A stretch of 28,982 nucleotides of DNA from a virus (taxonomy: Duplodnaviria > Heunggongvirae > Uroviricota > Caudoviricetes): the IMG/VR virus record IMGVR_UViG_3300044675_003084, positions 65,378 through 94,359 of that record. The stretch is one strand, 5' to 3'. The notes below the pieces were generated by a model, which was not told where the DNA came from, searched no databases, and saw only the letters and a program-made list of their open reading frames with translations. Of this stretch, positions 9,938 to 18,207 are shown piece by piece; the first letter of the stretch is position 1, and each line of letters starts with the position of its first letter. The translations under genes and the position numbers were made by a program.

Positions 9938-10150
9938 TTAATCTATTTCACCGAATACTCTAATCCATTCCTCATTGGTAATTCCTGTCATAAGAAACTC
10001 CCTTTCGTCCATTGTTAAGTTTGGAACGATGTTTTGTATCAATTCTTTTGAGTTATAACGATTCTCTACTCTTAGTAACTCATCTTCGGTAATATTGATA
10101 TTCAATGTATGTTCAATACCGGTTAAACTGCTGATTTTTGTAATATTCAT
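9938..10150 (-). CDS. Small conserved-looking phage hypothetical protein (70 aa)
   Basis: SSLTGIEHTLNI...IQNIVPNLT.DEREFLMTGIT.EEW; tightly packed with an A-rich leader. Confidence 0.7.
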   Translation of the reverse strand: MNITKISSLTGIEHTLNINITEDELLRVENRYNSKELIQNIVPNLTMDEREFLMTGITNEEWIRVFGEID

Positions 10151-10168
10151 ATTTTTATATTTTAAGGG

Positions 10169-10411
10169 TTACCAACACAACATATCTCCTGCCTTATCCC
10201 AACTTCTAGCACCACTTTCGGTTGCTTTGTGAAGTGTATTGTAATCCACATCTAAGTTGGAATTACCGAACTGGCGTTTAAGTTCTGATTTAAACTCTTT
10301 AAGGTTTCTAGCCCAAACATCGTTGAACCCACCACTTACCCAATTGAATTGGTATCGGTACTCACCTTTTGAATTCTTTAACAATCTTTCATACTTTGCT
10401 CTGTGTTTCAT
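10169..10411 (-). CDS. Small hypothetical protein (80 aa)
   Basis: Preceded by the 41-bp promoter-like repeat and a tandem ATAAAAT leader. Confidence 0.7.
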   Translation of the reverse strand: MKHRAKYERLLKNSKGEYRYQFNWVSGGFNDVWARNLKEFKSELKRQFGNSNLDVDYNTLHKATESGARSWDKAGDMLCW

Positions 10412-10455
10412 AATTTTATATTTTATATTTTATATTTTATAGTTTATTATCTCTC

Positions 10456-10496
10456 AATCTTATAAAGCTAATCTACAACTTTTTTTTCACATTTCC
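10456..10496 (-). promoter_or_regulatory. Putative early promoter, copy 1 of a 41-bp repeat
   Basis: 36/41 identical to 11098..11138. Minus strand reads GGAAATGTG-N10-TGTAG.TTAGCTTTATAAGATT, upstream of a small-gene block. Confidence 0.65.
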
Positions 10497-10516
10497 TAAT
10501 ATTTTAGGACTTATTT

Positions 10517-10825
10517 TTATAAATAAGTTGGGCCATAATGAGACCATTTAGCTGTTCCATCAAATATGTTTCCTCTACTATGTTTAGCCGGGGCTCTCCA
10601 ACTGGCAGGTTTCATTAAATCACCTTTTTTAACCGGAACTCCCATATGGTAACCATCAATCATTGAAACGAACGCCCATACGTGGTTACTATCCATAATT
10701 TTCATAAACTTAGAACCCTTTTTAACCTTTAACGGGGTATAATCACTATAATACTCACCTGATTCGTGTCTTTTTTTACGTTCTGCATCAACCTTTCCTA
10801 ACCAAATTTCAAATTGCGTTTTCAT
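10517..10825 (-). CDS. Conserved phage hypothetical protein (102 aa)
   Basis: KFMKI...VWAFV...GDLMKPASWRAPAKHSRGNI, a motif I recognise from many T4-like phage small proteins. Confidence 0.75.
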   Translation of the reverse strand: MKTQFEIWLGKVDAERKKRHESGEYYSDYTPLKVKKGSKFMKIMDSNHVWAFVSMIDGYHMGVPVKKGDLMKPASWRAPAKHSRGNIFDGTAKWSHYGPTYL

Positions 10826-10837
10826 ATATCTTATATT

Positions 10838-11068
10838 TTATTTTAACCATAAATTGTAAACATAATCATACTTTACGTTCAAAGTATCTGCAAGTTTCTC
10901 AAACAATCTCTCTCTGATTACACTATCGGTAACACCTATGTATCGGTAAACATCCTCACCAACAATCAGTTTATTTAATAGACCGGGAAACGTTGGGGTT
11001 TCATTCAATTCTAATCCCAAATCATCGGTTGGGAAGTTCTCTACATAATACTCTTTAATTGTGCTCAT
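10838..11068 (-). CDS. Small hypothetical protein (76 aa)
   Basis: First gene after promoter copy 2; A-rich leader. Confidence 0.7.
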   Translation of the reverse strand: MSTIKEYYVENFPTDDLGLELNETPTFPGLLNKLIVGEDVYRYIGVTDSVIRERLFEKLADTLNVKYDYVYNLWLK

Positions 11069-11097
11069 ATCTTTTATATTTTATTTGTTTATCTCCT

Positions 11098-11138
11098 AAT
11101 CTTATAAAGCTAAACTACACATTATTTATCACATTTCC
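11098..11138 (-). promoter_or_regulatory. Putative early promoter, copy 2 of the 41-bp repeat
   Basis: Near-identical to 10456..10496; TAGCTTTA resembles the Bacteroidota -7 element TAnnTTTG. Confidence 0.65.
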
Positions 11139-11187
11139 AAATTATTTCCCATTTATTTTCACTTTTTTTGTAAAATTTTTCATTGAT

Positions 11188-11225
11188 TATCAACGAGTTA
11201 TAAGGGGTTGAATATCAATGAGTTA
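11188..11225. promoter_or_regulatory. Two tandem IHF-consensus sites (WATCAANNNNTTR)
   Basis: TATCAACGAGTTA at 11188..11200 and TATCAATGAGTTA at 11213..11225, with A/T tracts on the 5' side. Confidence 0.5.
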
Positions 11226-11232
11226 TGGGCAT

Positions 11233-11263
11233 AAAAAAAGGGAGAATATTTCTATTCCCCCTT
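11233..11263 (-). terminator. Rho-independent terminator of the scaffold-capsid operon
   Basis: Minus strand reads AAGGGGGAATA-GAAA-TATTCTCCCTT-TTTTT (GNRA loop plus U tract), about 35 nt after the MCP stop. Confidence 0.88.
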
Positions 11264-11299
11264 CTTTATTATCGAATCGTTAGTTTGATTCAGTTAAGA

Positions 11300-12928
11300 C
11301 TAGATTGAAGCCAAATCTTTAACATAAATCTTACCATAGAATTCTGGACGGACCATCTTCTTAGCGTAACGAGTCATAACACCACGACGAGGCGTGAAGT
11401 TAGATGGGTCGTACACTAATGGAGTCATAATCAATGGTACATATGGAGCATAAACCGCACCAGTCTCAAGGAAGTTACTTCCTTTGAATCCTAATAAGAT
11501 TTCGTTAGAAGTCATATAAGGGTTCTTGTAAACTGTATAACGAGATGCCAAAGAACCTACTTGAGATACACCAGCTGCGAAAGATGTAGCATCTTTATCC
11601 GCGTTAACTGAGAAACCAGGAATTGATTCTAAGATAGTACAAACATCTGGAGATGCAACGATGAAGTTAGCACCACCACGAAGAGTTAATTGATGAATCT
11701 TGTTAGAAACTTTGTTCAATTTAACACCTAATGTTTGGAACCATGTATTTTTTTGGTATGCCAATGCATTAGTACCAGCAGTCCAACTACCATCTTGAGA
11801 GTTAAACTCTTCACCGATTGTTGCTGACCAATATTCAGTTGTCAACGCGTTAGACTTTAACATATCTAAGATTTCTAAGTCAATCTCTAAAGAGATATAT
11901 TCAGATAACATAGAAGTTAATTCAGCTTCAGCATCGATTGAATGGTATGCATTCAAATCTTGTGCCAATTCTGGTGTCCACACTGCTTTCAACTTACGAG
12001 TCTTAGCAACGATTGCCTCAGAACGTAATTCTAAGTCAACTTCAGGAATACCTAAATCAGTTGCTGGTTCAGTTGGGTTACCATCTTCGAAATCACCACG
12101 TGTGTTTGAAGTTGGAGCCAATGAATACTGAACTTCTAAAGATTTTGCAGCACCTGGTGCTGTTACTTTACCATAGAATACGATATTTGAACCTGAAATT
12201 CTTGTTTGTCCAGGATAATATAAATCAGCTGCTGCAAAAGCAGGTGATTGAACTGCAAATGAACGTACTGCTTCTGCATCTAAACTTGGTAATTCTGATG
12301 TTGCAACAGAGAATCTTTTAAGTGTACCTGCGTCTACTGAAGCAGATAAAGCTGCATCGTATCCAACTTCTTGCCAGTTTGCAGAACCAGTTGTTACAGC
12401 AGATGCTGCAATTGATTCACTAACATTGTTAACTGTGTATCCGTAACGTCCTTCACCATAAAGACCGTTTACAGCTGATTTAGTTCTACCATAATCAGAA
12501 CTAAAGTTTGAAGTACCATTACCACCGAAAAGTGATTTACCAGCACCACCAGCACTGAATGCAGGGTTACCATTTACACTTGTTCCGTATTTGAAATCTA
12601 GATAGAATATAAGACCTGAAGGTAAGTTCATTGGTTGAACTGAAACGAATTCTTTCGCTGCAATTTCACCAAAGATTCTTCTTACTAATGGTAAAGCTAC
12701 ACCAGACCATTCTTCAGAACCTGCTGAAGTACCAGTTGCGGTAGCTTCATCCAATAATTGTTTCGCTTGGTTCTCTAATAGAACTGCGATTTGAGATTGC
12801 TCTCTTTCTTTTAAACCTTCTAAAAGACCAGTTGCTTCCCATTTGCTTTTCAATTGACGTGTTTCAGCCAACATTACCGCTTGTGGGTTCTTGCCTTCCA
12901 TAAGTTTAGATAAATTAAAATTTGCCAT
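11300..12928 (-). CDS. gp23: Major capsid protein (T4 gp23-like)
   Basis: LALPLVRR-like segment, VSVQPMNLPSGLIFYL, AKTRKLKAVWTPELAQDLNAYHSIDAEAEL, YAPYVPL and F.PRRGVMTRY motifs. Probable maturation site LLDE/AT at residue 61/62. Confidence 0.97.
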   Translation of the reverse strand: MANFNLSKLMEGKNPQAVMLAETRQLKSKWEATGLLEGLKEREQSQIAVLLENQAKQLLDEATATGTSAGSEEWSGVALPLVRRIFGEIAAKEFVSVQPMNLPSGLIFYLDFKYGTSVNGNPAFSAGGAGKSLFGGNGTSNFSSDYGRTKSAVNGLYGEGRYGYTVNNVSESIAASAVTTGSANWQEVGYDAALSASVDAGTLKRFSVATSELPSLDAEAVRSFAVQSPAFAAADLYYPGQTRISGSNIVFYGKVTAPGAAKSLEVQYSLAPTSNTRGDFEDGNPTEPATDLGIPEVDLELRSEAIVAKTRKLKAVWTPELAQDLNAYHSIDAEAELTSMLSEYISLEIDLEILDMLKSNALTTEYWSATIGEEFNSQDGSWTAGTNALAYQKNTWFQTLGVKLNKVSNKIHQLTLRGGANFIVASPDVCTILESIPGFSVNADKDATSFAAGVSQVGSLASRYTVYKNPYMTSNEILLGFKGSNFLETGAVYAPYVPLIMTPLVYDPSNFTPRRGVMTRYAKKMVRPEFYGKIYVKDLASI

Positions 12929-12962
12929 TTTATTTTTTCTCCTTTGGGGTTGTTTTTTTTGT

Positions 12963-14078
12963 TTATTTAATATTTGCTAATTTCTTGAAACGTTCTGCCA
13001 TAGAATTGCTTTCTGCTATAATTGTTTTTGGAGCAGTTGAAGCAACTTTTTTCGATGCGAATGATTCATTCATTTTAGTTTGTTGTTTTACCTTCTTAGC
13101 AGTTCCACCAATTTTCATTGATTCAGCTAATGTAGAGAAAACTAATTTTACTTCTCTAACGTTTTGAGTTCTATCCAAAGTTTCAACAACTTTGTGTTTT
13201 TGCTCATTAGTTAAATCGTAAGAACGGAATAATTTGTTAGTATACAATAATTTTGCATTTAACAAGTTTACTTCGTTGATTGTAGATTTCAAAGATTTGA
13301 TAACTTTGTATGCTTCTTCTAAATCAGCTTGTAATTCAGCTTTTTCTTCATCAGCACCTTCTTTCATTTCCTCTTCTTCACCTTCCATTTTTTCGTCATC
13401 ACCATAACCCATTTCACGTAAGATTTCGTCTAAGTCGATTTCTTCGTCTTCTTCGGATACTGGTTCTGCTTTTTCGTCACCTTCTGCAACAGCTTCTGGT
13501 TTTTCTTCCTCTTCAACATACTCAGGTTTTTCAGATTCGAATTTTGCTTCGCCTTTTTCTTCACCTTCTTCTGTCATTGGGTCGTTTTTACCATCTAACT
13601 CTTGTTCTAGTTCTCTGATAATTTCTTCTAAATCGAAATCATCTTCATCCATAGGTTCTGCTTTTTCTTCTTCAGAAATTGCTCCAGTTGGGTCGTCGTT
13701 AACACCATCTTCATTAGCATCGTCATCGCCTTCTGCTAATGGCATGTTTTCGTCTTCTTTACCTGGTTCTGCTGTTTCTTTGTCAGTATCACCTAATTCT
13801 GTGTGTGCGTCAGTTGAGATACCCTGTGGGTCTTTGTTCTCAACATCGTCAAATTTTGTGCTGTCTGCATCCGATGTGTCATCTGCACCATACTCTTCAG
13901 TTACATCTGCTGTCTCTTCTTCTTCACCTTCCATTTCGGCTGTGATTTTCTTAGATAAGATAGATTGTAATCTTGGAGTAAAAGCTTCCTCTAATGCGAT
14001 TTTAGCATTAGCGATTGCAGTTTCACGTACGGCTTTAGCATCAGCAATTGCATCTTTCAACAATTTTGAATTTGCCAT
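12963..14078 (-). CDS. Prohead core scaffold protein (gp22-like)
   Basis: Very acidic central region, coiled-coil EVNLLNAKLLYTNKLF C-terminal region, immediately upstream of MCP. Confidence 0.8.
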   Translation of the reverse strand: MANSKLLKDAIADAKAVRETAIANAKIALEEAFTPRLQSILSKKITAEMEGEEEETADVTEEYGADDTSDADSTKFDDVENKDPQGISTDAHTELGDTDKETAEPGKEDENMPLAEGDDDANEDGVNDDPTGAISEEEKAEPMDEDDFDLEEIIRELEQELDGKNDPMTEEGEEKGEAKFESEKPEYVEEEEKPEAVAEGDEKAEPVSEEDEEIDLDEILREMGYGDDEKMEGEEEEMKEGADEEKAELQADLEEAYKVIKSLKSTINEVNLLNAKLLYTNKLFRSYDLTNEQKHKVVETLDRTQNVREVKLVFSTLAESMKIGGTAKKVKQQTKMNESFASKKVASTAPKTIIAESNSMAERFKKLANIK

Positions 14079-14276
14079 TTGTTTTCTTCCTTTACTTTTT
14101 TTTCTGAAAATATTGAGTGATTTTCAATCGAATTGATTAAGTTAGTTGTTCGGTGACCTCACATAAGGGTGGGTATTCATTAACCAACGGGATAAAATTA
14201 AACCTACATTAAGTAGGTTATTATAGAAATAAATATATAAATGTTTACGAAACCGCAAAATTTATGTAAAATATTT

Positions 14277-14579
14277 TTAATCTCTTGAGGTGTCTTTATC
14301 TGATTGAGGTGTTTTTTTACTAACTTTCTTTTTCTTTTTAGTAAAAAACCTAATCGTTCTATCACCATCTGCAATCTTACCGAGAGCAACTCTTTTTTGC
14401 TCTTCTCTGATTGCCTTTTGTTTTTGTAATCGTCTTTTTGTAGTAGGTTTAACGTATTCCTTTCTTTCTCTTAGTTCTAAGAGGTGTCCAGATTCCATAA
14501 CCTTTTTTTTGAATTTCTTTAAAGCCTTTGCAATGTCTCCATTACGAACTTCGACTGTAACTCTTGATAATCCGCTCAT
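14277..14579 (-). CDS. rpsU: Phage-encoded 30S ribosomal protein bS21 with a basic C-terminal extension
   Basis: V.VRNGDIAKALKKFKKKV..SG.L.ELRERKEYVKPTTKRR matches the bS21 signature. Confidence 0.92.
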   Translation of the reverse strand: MSGLSRVTVEVRNGDIAKALKKFKKKVMESGHLLELRERKEYVKPTTKRRLQKQKAIREEQKRVALGKIADGDRTIRFFTKKKKKVSKKTPQSDKDTSRD

Positions 14580-14636
14580 TAATTGTATTTAAATTGTGTT
14601 TGTAACTTATTTGGTAATAAATATGTCTTTTATAGA

Positions 14637-15677
14637 TTATTTGCTTAAAAGGAACAATGCTTCTTCAGCTTCTTGTTGATTTTTAATCTTTGGGTCTTTA
14701 TACATATCTACTTTATATCCCCTTAACGCATTTGATAAGAATATCATATACTTAGGATGTCCTAATTTTTCTTCTAATGCAGATAATGAATCATAAAACG
14801 ATTGCTCATTTCCTTTATTCATTTTTTCTGCCATTTTGAATTCATCTTTATGTTTATCAATGTACGATGAAGTTGAATCTTTATATCCATATGCAGCTTC
14901 TTTATTTATTTTCTTACCTGCTTCAACTGCATCTTTATATGCTTGAGAATTTTTAGGTGATGATTTCTCACCTCTAGCTTTTTTTGCGTTAATATTAGCC
15001 CATAGACCGGGATTTTTTTCGTTTATAGCTTCTTCTAATGGCCATTGTTTTAACCACTTTAACCAATCTTTAGTATGCCAATCGTTTCTTTCCCTTGCAC
15101 CTACTTTGTAGTATTTTGTAAATACATCTCTTAATTCCTCTTTGTTATTAGCAAAACCAGGTATTTTACCTGCAACGTTTACAAATTCATTTGCACTAGC
15201 ATAATGTTCCATTGAGTTAGATAACATATCTACTAATGCTAACATTGCTTTATCATTACCTATTGCTTCTCTCAATCCCAAACGTTCTTTCATTTGCTCT
15301 TCAGTAATTTCACCAATTTTATAGTAACGAGATAGGATATGACCCATATCTTCGTATAATCCATGTAATCTTTGGTCTAAGTTCTTTGCTTCTATTGCAA
15401 CTTGGTCAAATGATTTACCTAATTTGGTTAATTCATTCATATTACGTTTAACAGTATGTGCATCAAACCAATCATCTGCTTCGTTTACCGCCAATTCTCT
15501 AGCTGCATCGGTAATACCACCCAAAGTTTCTGCAACTTCAGTAATATCTGATTTTCTATCCATCATTTCTTGATACTTGTTGTATGTAGAAACGATTTCT
15601 AAGAAATGTTTTTTTACTTCGTTAGAAAATCTTTTTGGTTCTTCACCTTCTTTAACTATCTTTGATAAACGTATCAT
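14637..15677 (-). CDS. Putative internal head/core polyprotein (346 aa)
   Basis: Begins MIRLSKIVKE/G; modules bounded by LREA, LEEAINEK and NKEA; TAGGAG SD. Confidence 0.7.
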   Translation of the reverse strand: MIRLSKIVKEGEEPKRFSNEVKKHFLEIVSTYNKYQEMMDRKSDITEVAETLGGITDAARELAVNEADDWFDAHTVKRNMNELTKLGKSFDQVAIEAKNLDQRLHGLYEDMGHILSRYYKIGEITEEQMKERLGLREAIGNDKAMLALVDMLSNSMEHYASANEFVNVAGKIPGFANNKEELRDVFTKYYKVGARERNDWHTKDWLKWLKQWPLEEAINEKNPGLWANINAKKARGEKSSPKNSQAYKDAVEAGKKINKEAAYGYKDSTSSYIDKHKDEFKMAEKMNKGNEQSFYDSLSALEEKLGHPKYMIFLSNALRGYKVDMYKDPKIKNQQEAEEALFLLSK

Positions 15678-15687
15678 TTAATATCTC

Positions 15688-16959
15688 CTATTTTACTAAT
15701 TTTGCTAATTTTATTGATTCTGATTTAAATGGATTAAATAATCCTCTATTATTTACTTCCTTTTCAGTAGATGGTGCAACTTTTGCATTTTGTTGGTGTT
15801 TGTTTTTTATTGGATTATATTTTTCCAATTCATCAACATTAACATTACCATCTGCATCGGTCTTAACCTCACCCGATTTATCATCACCCATTCTTACAAT
15901 ACCAACTGTCTTAGTTCTTTTGTTATAAACTAAATCATCTTTTTTGAATTTACCTTCTTTAACCATTTTAGTTAACGAAATTGTACCTTCATTCTTTTTA
16001 ACTGGCTCGTATCCCCTGTCAACTTTATCTTTTTTCTTAGCATCAGAGTCTTGTACACCTGGTTCATTTGGTTCATTATCATCAAAATCTATTGTATCCT
16101 TTTCAGCAGGAGTTCCCATATGTTTACCATACATAGATGTAGCATGATGTTGATTAAAATCTTGTTCTGCTTCACTATCTTCAGTATTAGAAAGACCTGT
16201 ATTAAAATGTTTAGGTTCGCCCTCATTAACCATTTTAGTTAACGAAATTCTACCTTCATTCTTCATATATGGTTTATTATCAAATACTGATTGAATTAAA
16301 TCCGCTTCTTTATGAAATCCATTCATCCTTAATGTAAATGCTATACCATCTGCTGCATCAACTCCATCCCATCCTGATGCTTGTGATACATCCGTACCAT
16401 AATCATCAATCTCACCAGTTCCGTTCATATAAACCGAACCATCTGCCGAATTCTTACGAATATCAGCCATTTTTTCTTTATACTTAGGGTCTTTGATTGA
16501 TGGATATTCAGGTCTTTTTGCAAATTCAGGTTTTCCTTCAATTGCTGCAACCAATTCTCTTGCCTCACTATGGAAGTTTGAATCAGTTAGTGCAGAAACT
16601 GCTGCTTGTAACATTGCTTCTTTATACTTTTCATTACCCAACTTTTGTGGAGTAATACCATATTGTTCTGCTTTTTTCTTAGCTTCTTTATTTACTTGAG
16701 GATTACCTGGTCTTTTCTTTTTAGGTTCTGACGTTGGTTCATCCTTCTTAGGTTCTGCTGCAGGAGTATTAAATATATTTGTGGTTGGAGTAGATGCTTT
16801 TTTAGAAGTATCACCTCCTTTATCAGCTACTTTAGAATGAGTTCCTGCTTTAACTGCAGAATCTCTACTATCCTTTGATTTGAACACCGATGTTTTACCG
16901 GTCTTCTTATTAGTAGCGGTAAATGTTTCTTCGTTAAGTAAATTATTTAATTTAATCAT
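15688..16959 (-). CDS. Putative internal head/core polyprotein (423 aa)
   Basis: Begins MIKLNNLLNE/E; contains ISLTKMV(N/K)EG twice and ends IKLAKLVK. Confidence 0.7.
   Translation of the reverse strand: MIKLNNLLNEETFTATNKKTGKTSVFKSKDSRDSAVKAGTHSKVADKGGDTSKKASTPTTNIFNTPAAEPKKDEPTSEPKKKRPGNPQVNKEAKKKAEQYGITPQKLGNEKYKEAMLQAAVSALTDSNFHSEARELVAAIEGKPEFAKRPEYPSIKDPKYKEKMADIRKNSADGSVYMNGTGEIDDYGTDVSQASGWDGVDAADGIAFTLRMNGFHKEADLIQSVFDNKPYMKNEGRISLTKMVNEGEPKHFNTGLSNTEDSEAEQDFNQHHATSMYGKHMGTPAEKDTIDFDDNEPNEPGVQDSDAKKKDKVDRGYEPVKKNEGTISLTKMVKEGKFKKDDLVYNKRTKTVGIVRMGDDKSGEVKTDADGNVNVDELEKYNPIKNKHQQNAKVAPSTEKEVNNRGLFNPFKSESIKLAKLVK
15959..16263 (-). repeat. 38-bp direct repeat (15959..15996 and 16226..16263) encoding NEG(R/T)ISLTKMV
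   Basis: ttaaccattttagttaacgaaatt(g/c)taccttcattctt, 37/38 identical. Confidence 0.9.
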
Positions 16960-16978
16960 TAGTTGATGTTCCTATATT

Positions 16979-17419
16979 TTAAAATCCTATTGAGACCGTT
17001 TTATTATCAAATTCTATCCAACGTATTTTTAATGAAATTAATAATTTCAAATCACTAACATCCATTCTCCAATTTTTTTCTGCCATTTCAATATCAGCGA
17101 TATTACCATGAATACCATCCCAAATTGTAATAACTTTACCATTAAAGAATTTTAGGAATTGTTGTACTTGTTTTTGTTTGTTAGAATCTAATTCTTTTAA
17201 TTCAATTTCTGATGCTTCTTTAATTACCCTTTTACTTTCAGTTAATACAGTTTTATGTGTATAAAGGTCTAATTTACCATCCTCTTTAATCTTAACCTCA
17301 TAGTTAGTCTTACGAATATCGTTATGACCACCCTTAAAAGGTGTATCACCAACTTCTTTCTTAATACTACCCATTTCTATTTTGTTATCTCTTAGATAAT
17401 CTTGTATTGAAAATGCCAT
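16979..17419 (-). CDS. Hypothetical head-associated protein (146 aa)
   Basis: Directly downstream of the prohead protease; LTES...IKEA linker; AAAGGA SD. Confidence 0.7.
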   Translation of the reverse strand: MAFSIQDYLRDNKIEMGSIKKEVGDTPFKGGHNDIRKTNYEVKIKEDGKLDLYTHKTVLTESKRVIKEASEIELKELDSNKQKQVQQFLKFFNGKVITIWDGIHGNIADIEMAEKNWRMDVSDLKLLISLKIRWIEFDNKTVSIGF

Positions 17420-17429
17420 ATTGTATCCT

Positions 17430-18029
17430 TTACGCTAATTCAGTAATGATTTCTCTCATAAGGTCTTGTGCCTTACAATACTCACCACAAACTATAGCTT
17501 GTTCTTTTAATTGTCTATTTACTGATTCGTTCATCGTAACCGGTGTCATAAATGCACCATGTGTAGACGGGTTAGAAACAAAATCCCAACCAATCAGTTC
17601 AAAATCATCAGCCACTTTAACTTTACCTTCGCCAATGTTAACTACCGAACCCATACCACGAGAAGAAATACCCAAAAGGATACCTGCTCTTAATAATTCT
17701 TTTAAGATGTTACCTGATGGAGTTGGTAGAATTTCTACTGTCCCACAAAGGTCATCACCTTCCCAATGAATTTCTTTGACGTTATGAGAAACGTTCTTTA
17801 AATTGATAATACCAGAATCTGGATGGTCTAACTCCCCTAATGCACGTCTTTCTTTAATAAGAACTTCGTATTTCTTTGCTTCACGCATTAAGATATCTTT
17901 AGGGTATATACGACCATTTTGGTTTTCTGCAACCGCTCTTTGAAGAATACCTTTAACTAAAGTTTTACCACTTGAATCTTCATTTAATTTTCCTTCAAAT
18001 AATGTTGTTTCTATTAATAAATTTTTCAT
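17430..18029 (-). CDS. gp21: Prohead core protease (T4 gp21-like)
   Basis: GILQRA...NQNGRIYP...ALGELDHP...NVSH...G..EILPTP.G...GISSRGMGS...DFVSNPST..A motifs. Start moved to MKNLL at 18029 (TAATG coupling to the upstream 58-aa ORF). Confidence 0.95.
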   Translation of the reverse strand: MKNLLIETTLFEGKLNEDSSGKTLVKGILQRAVAENQNGRIYPKDILMREAKKYEVLIKERRALGELDHPDSGIINLKNVSHNVKEIHWEGDDLCGTVEILPTPSGNILKELLRAGILLGISSRGMGSVVNIGEGKVKVADDFELIGWDFVSNPSTHGAFMTPVTMNESVNRQLKEQAIVCGEYCKAQDLMREIITELA

Positions 18030-18205
18030 TATGCTCCCCACGTTTTTCTCTTTTTAAAGAGGTCAAAAAATATTGCAGATACTTCTTTACGAATGATATC
18101 ACGAATAAGTTTTTCATCTTCAGTCGTGATTTCTTCTTTGACGATACCCCATTTTACTTTGGTTATCTCTTCGTTAATAATATCTAACAATCTTTTTCGT
18201 GTCAT
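18029..18205 (-). CDS. Small hypothetical head-associated protein (58 aa), missing from the ORF track
   Basis: Manual translation MTRKRLLDIINEEITKVKWGIVKEEITTEDEKLIRDIIRKEVSAIFFDLFKKRKTWGA*; fills the gap exactly and its stop overlaps the protease ATG. Confidence 0.8.
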   Translation of the reverse strand: MTRKRLLDIINEEITKVKWGIVKEEITTEDEKLIRDIIRKEVSAIFFDLFKKRKTWGA

Positions 18206-18207
18206 TG

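Noticed and set aside
10412-10445. (ATAAAAT)n tandem repeat as a CRISPR or satellite
   Set aside because: Only 3-4 heptamers with no spacers; better explained as an A-rich translation leader.
11089-11097. TAGGAG upstream of the 76-aa island gene as an SD
   Set aside because: It lies about 21 nt from the ATG, too far for a normal SD. Noted as a weak counter-example to the SD/no-SD split.
13330-13960. Glu/Asp-rich low-complexity tract
   Set aside because: Expected property of T4-like scaffold proteins; not unusual.
14204-14389. 61-aa minus-strand ORF overlapping the bS21 3' end
   Set aside because: Alternate frame of a Lys-rich stretch with no start signal. I saw no slippery-site evidence strong enough to propose a frameshifted bS21, although A-runs are present.
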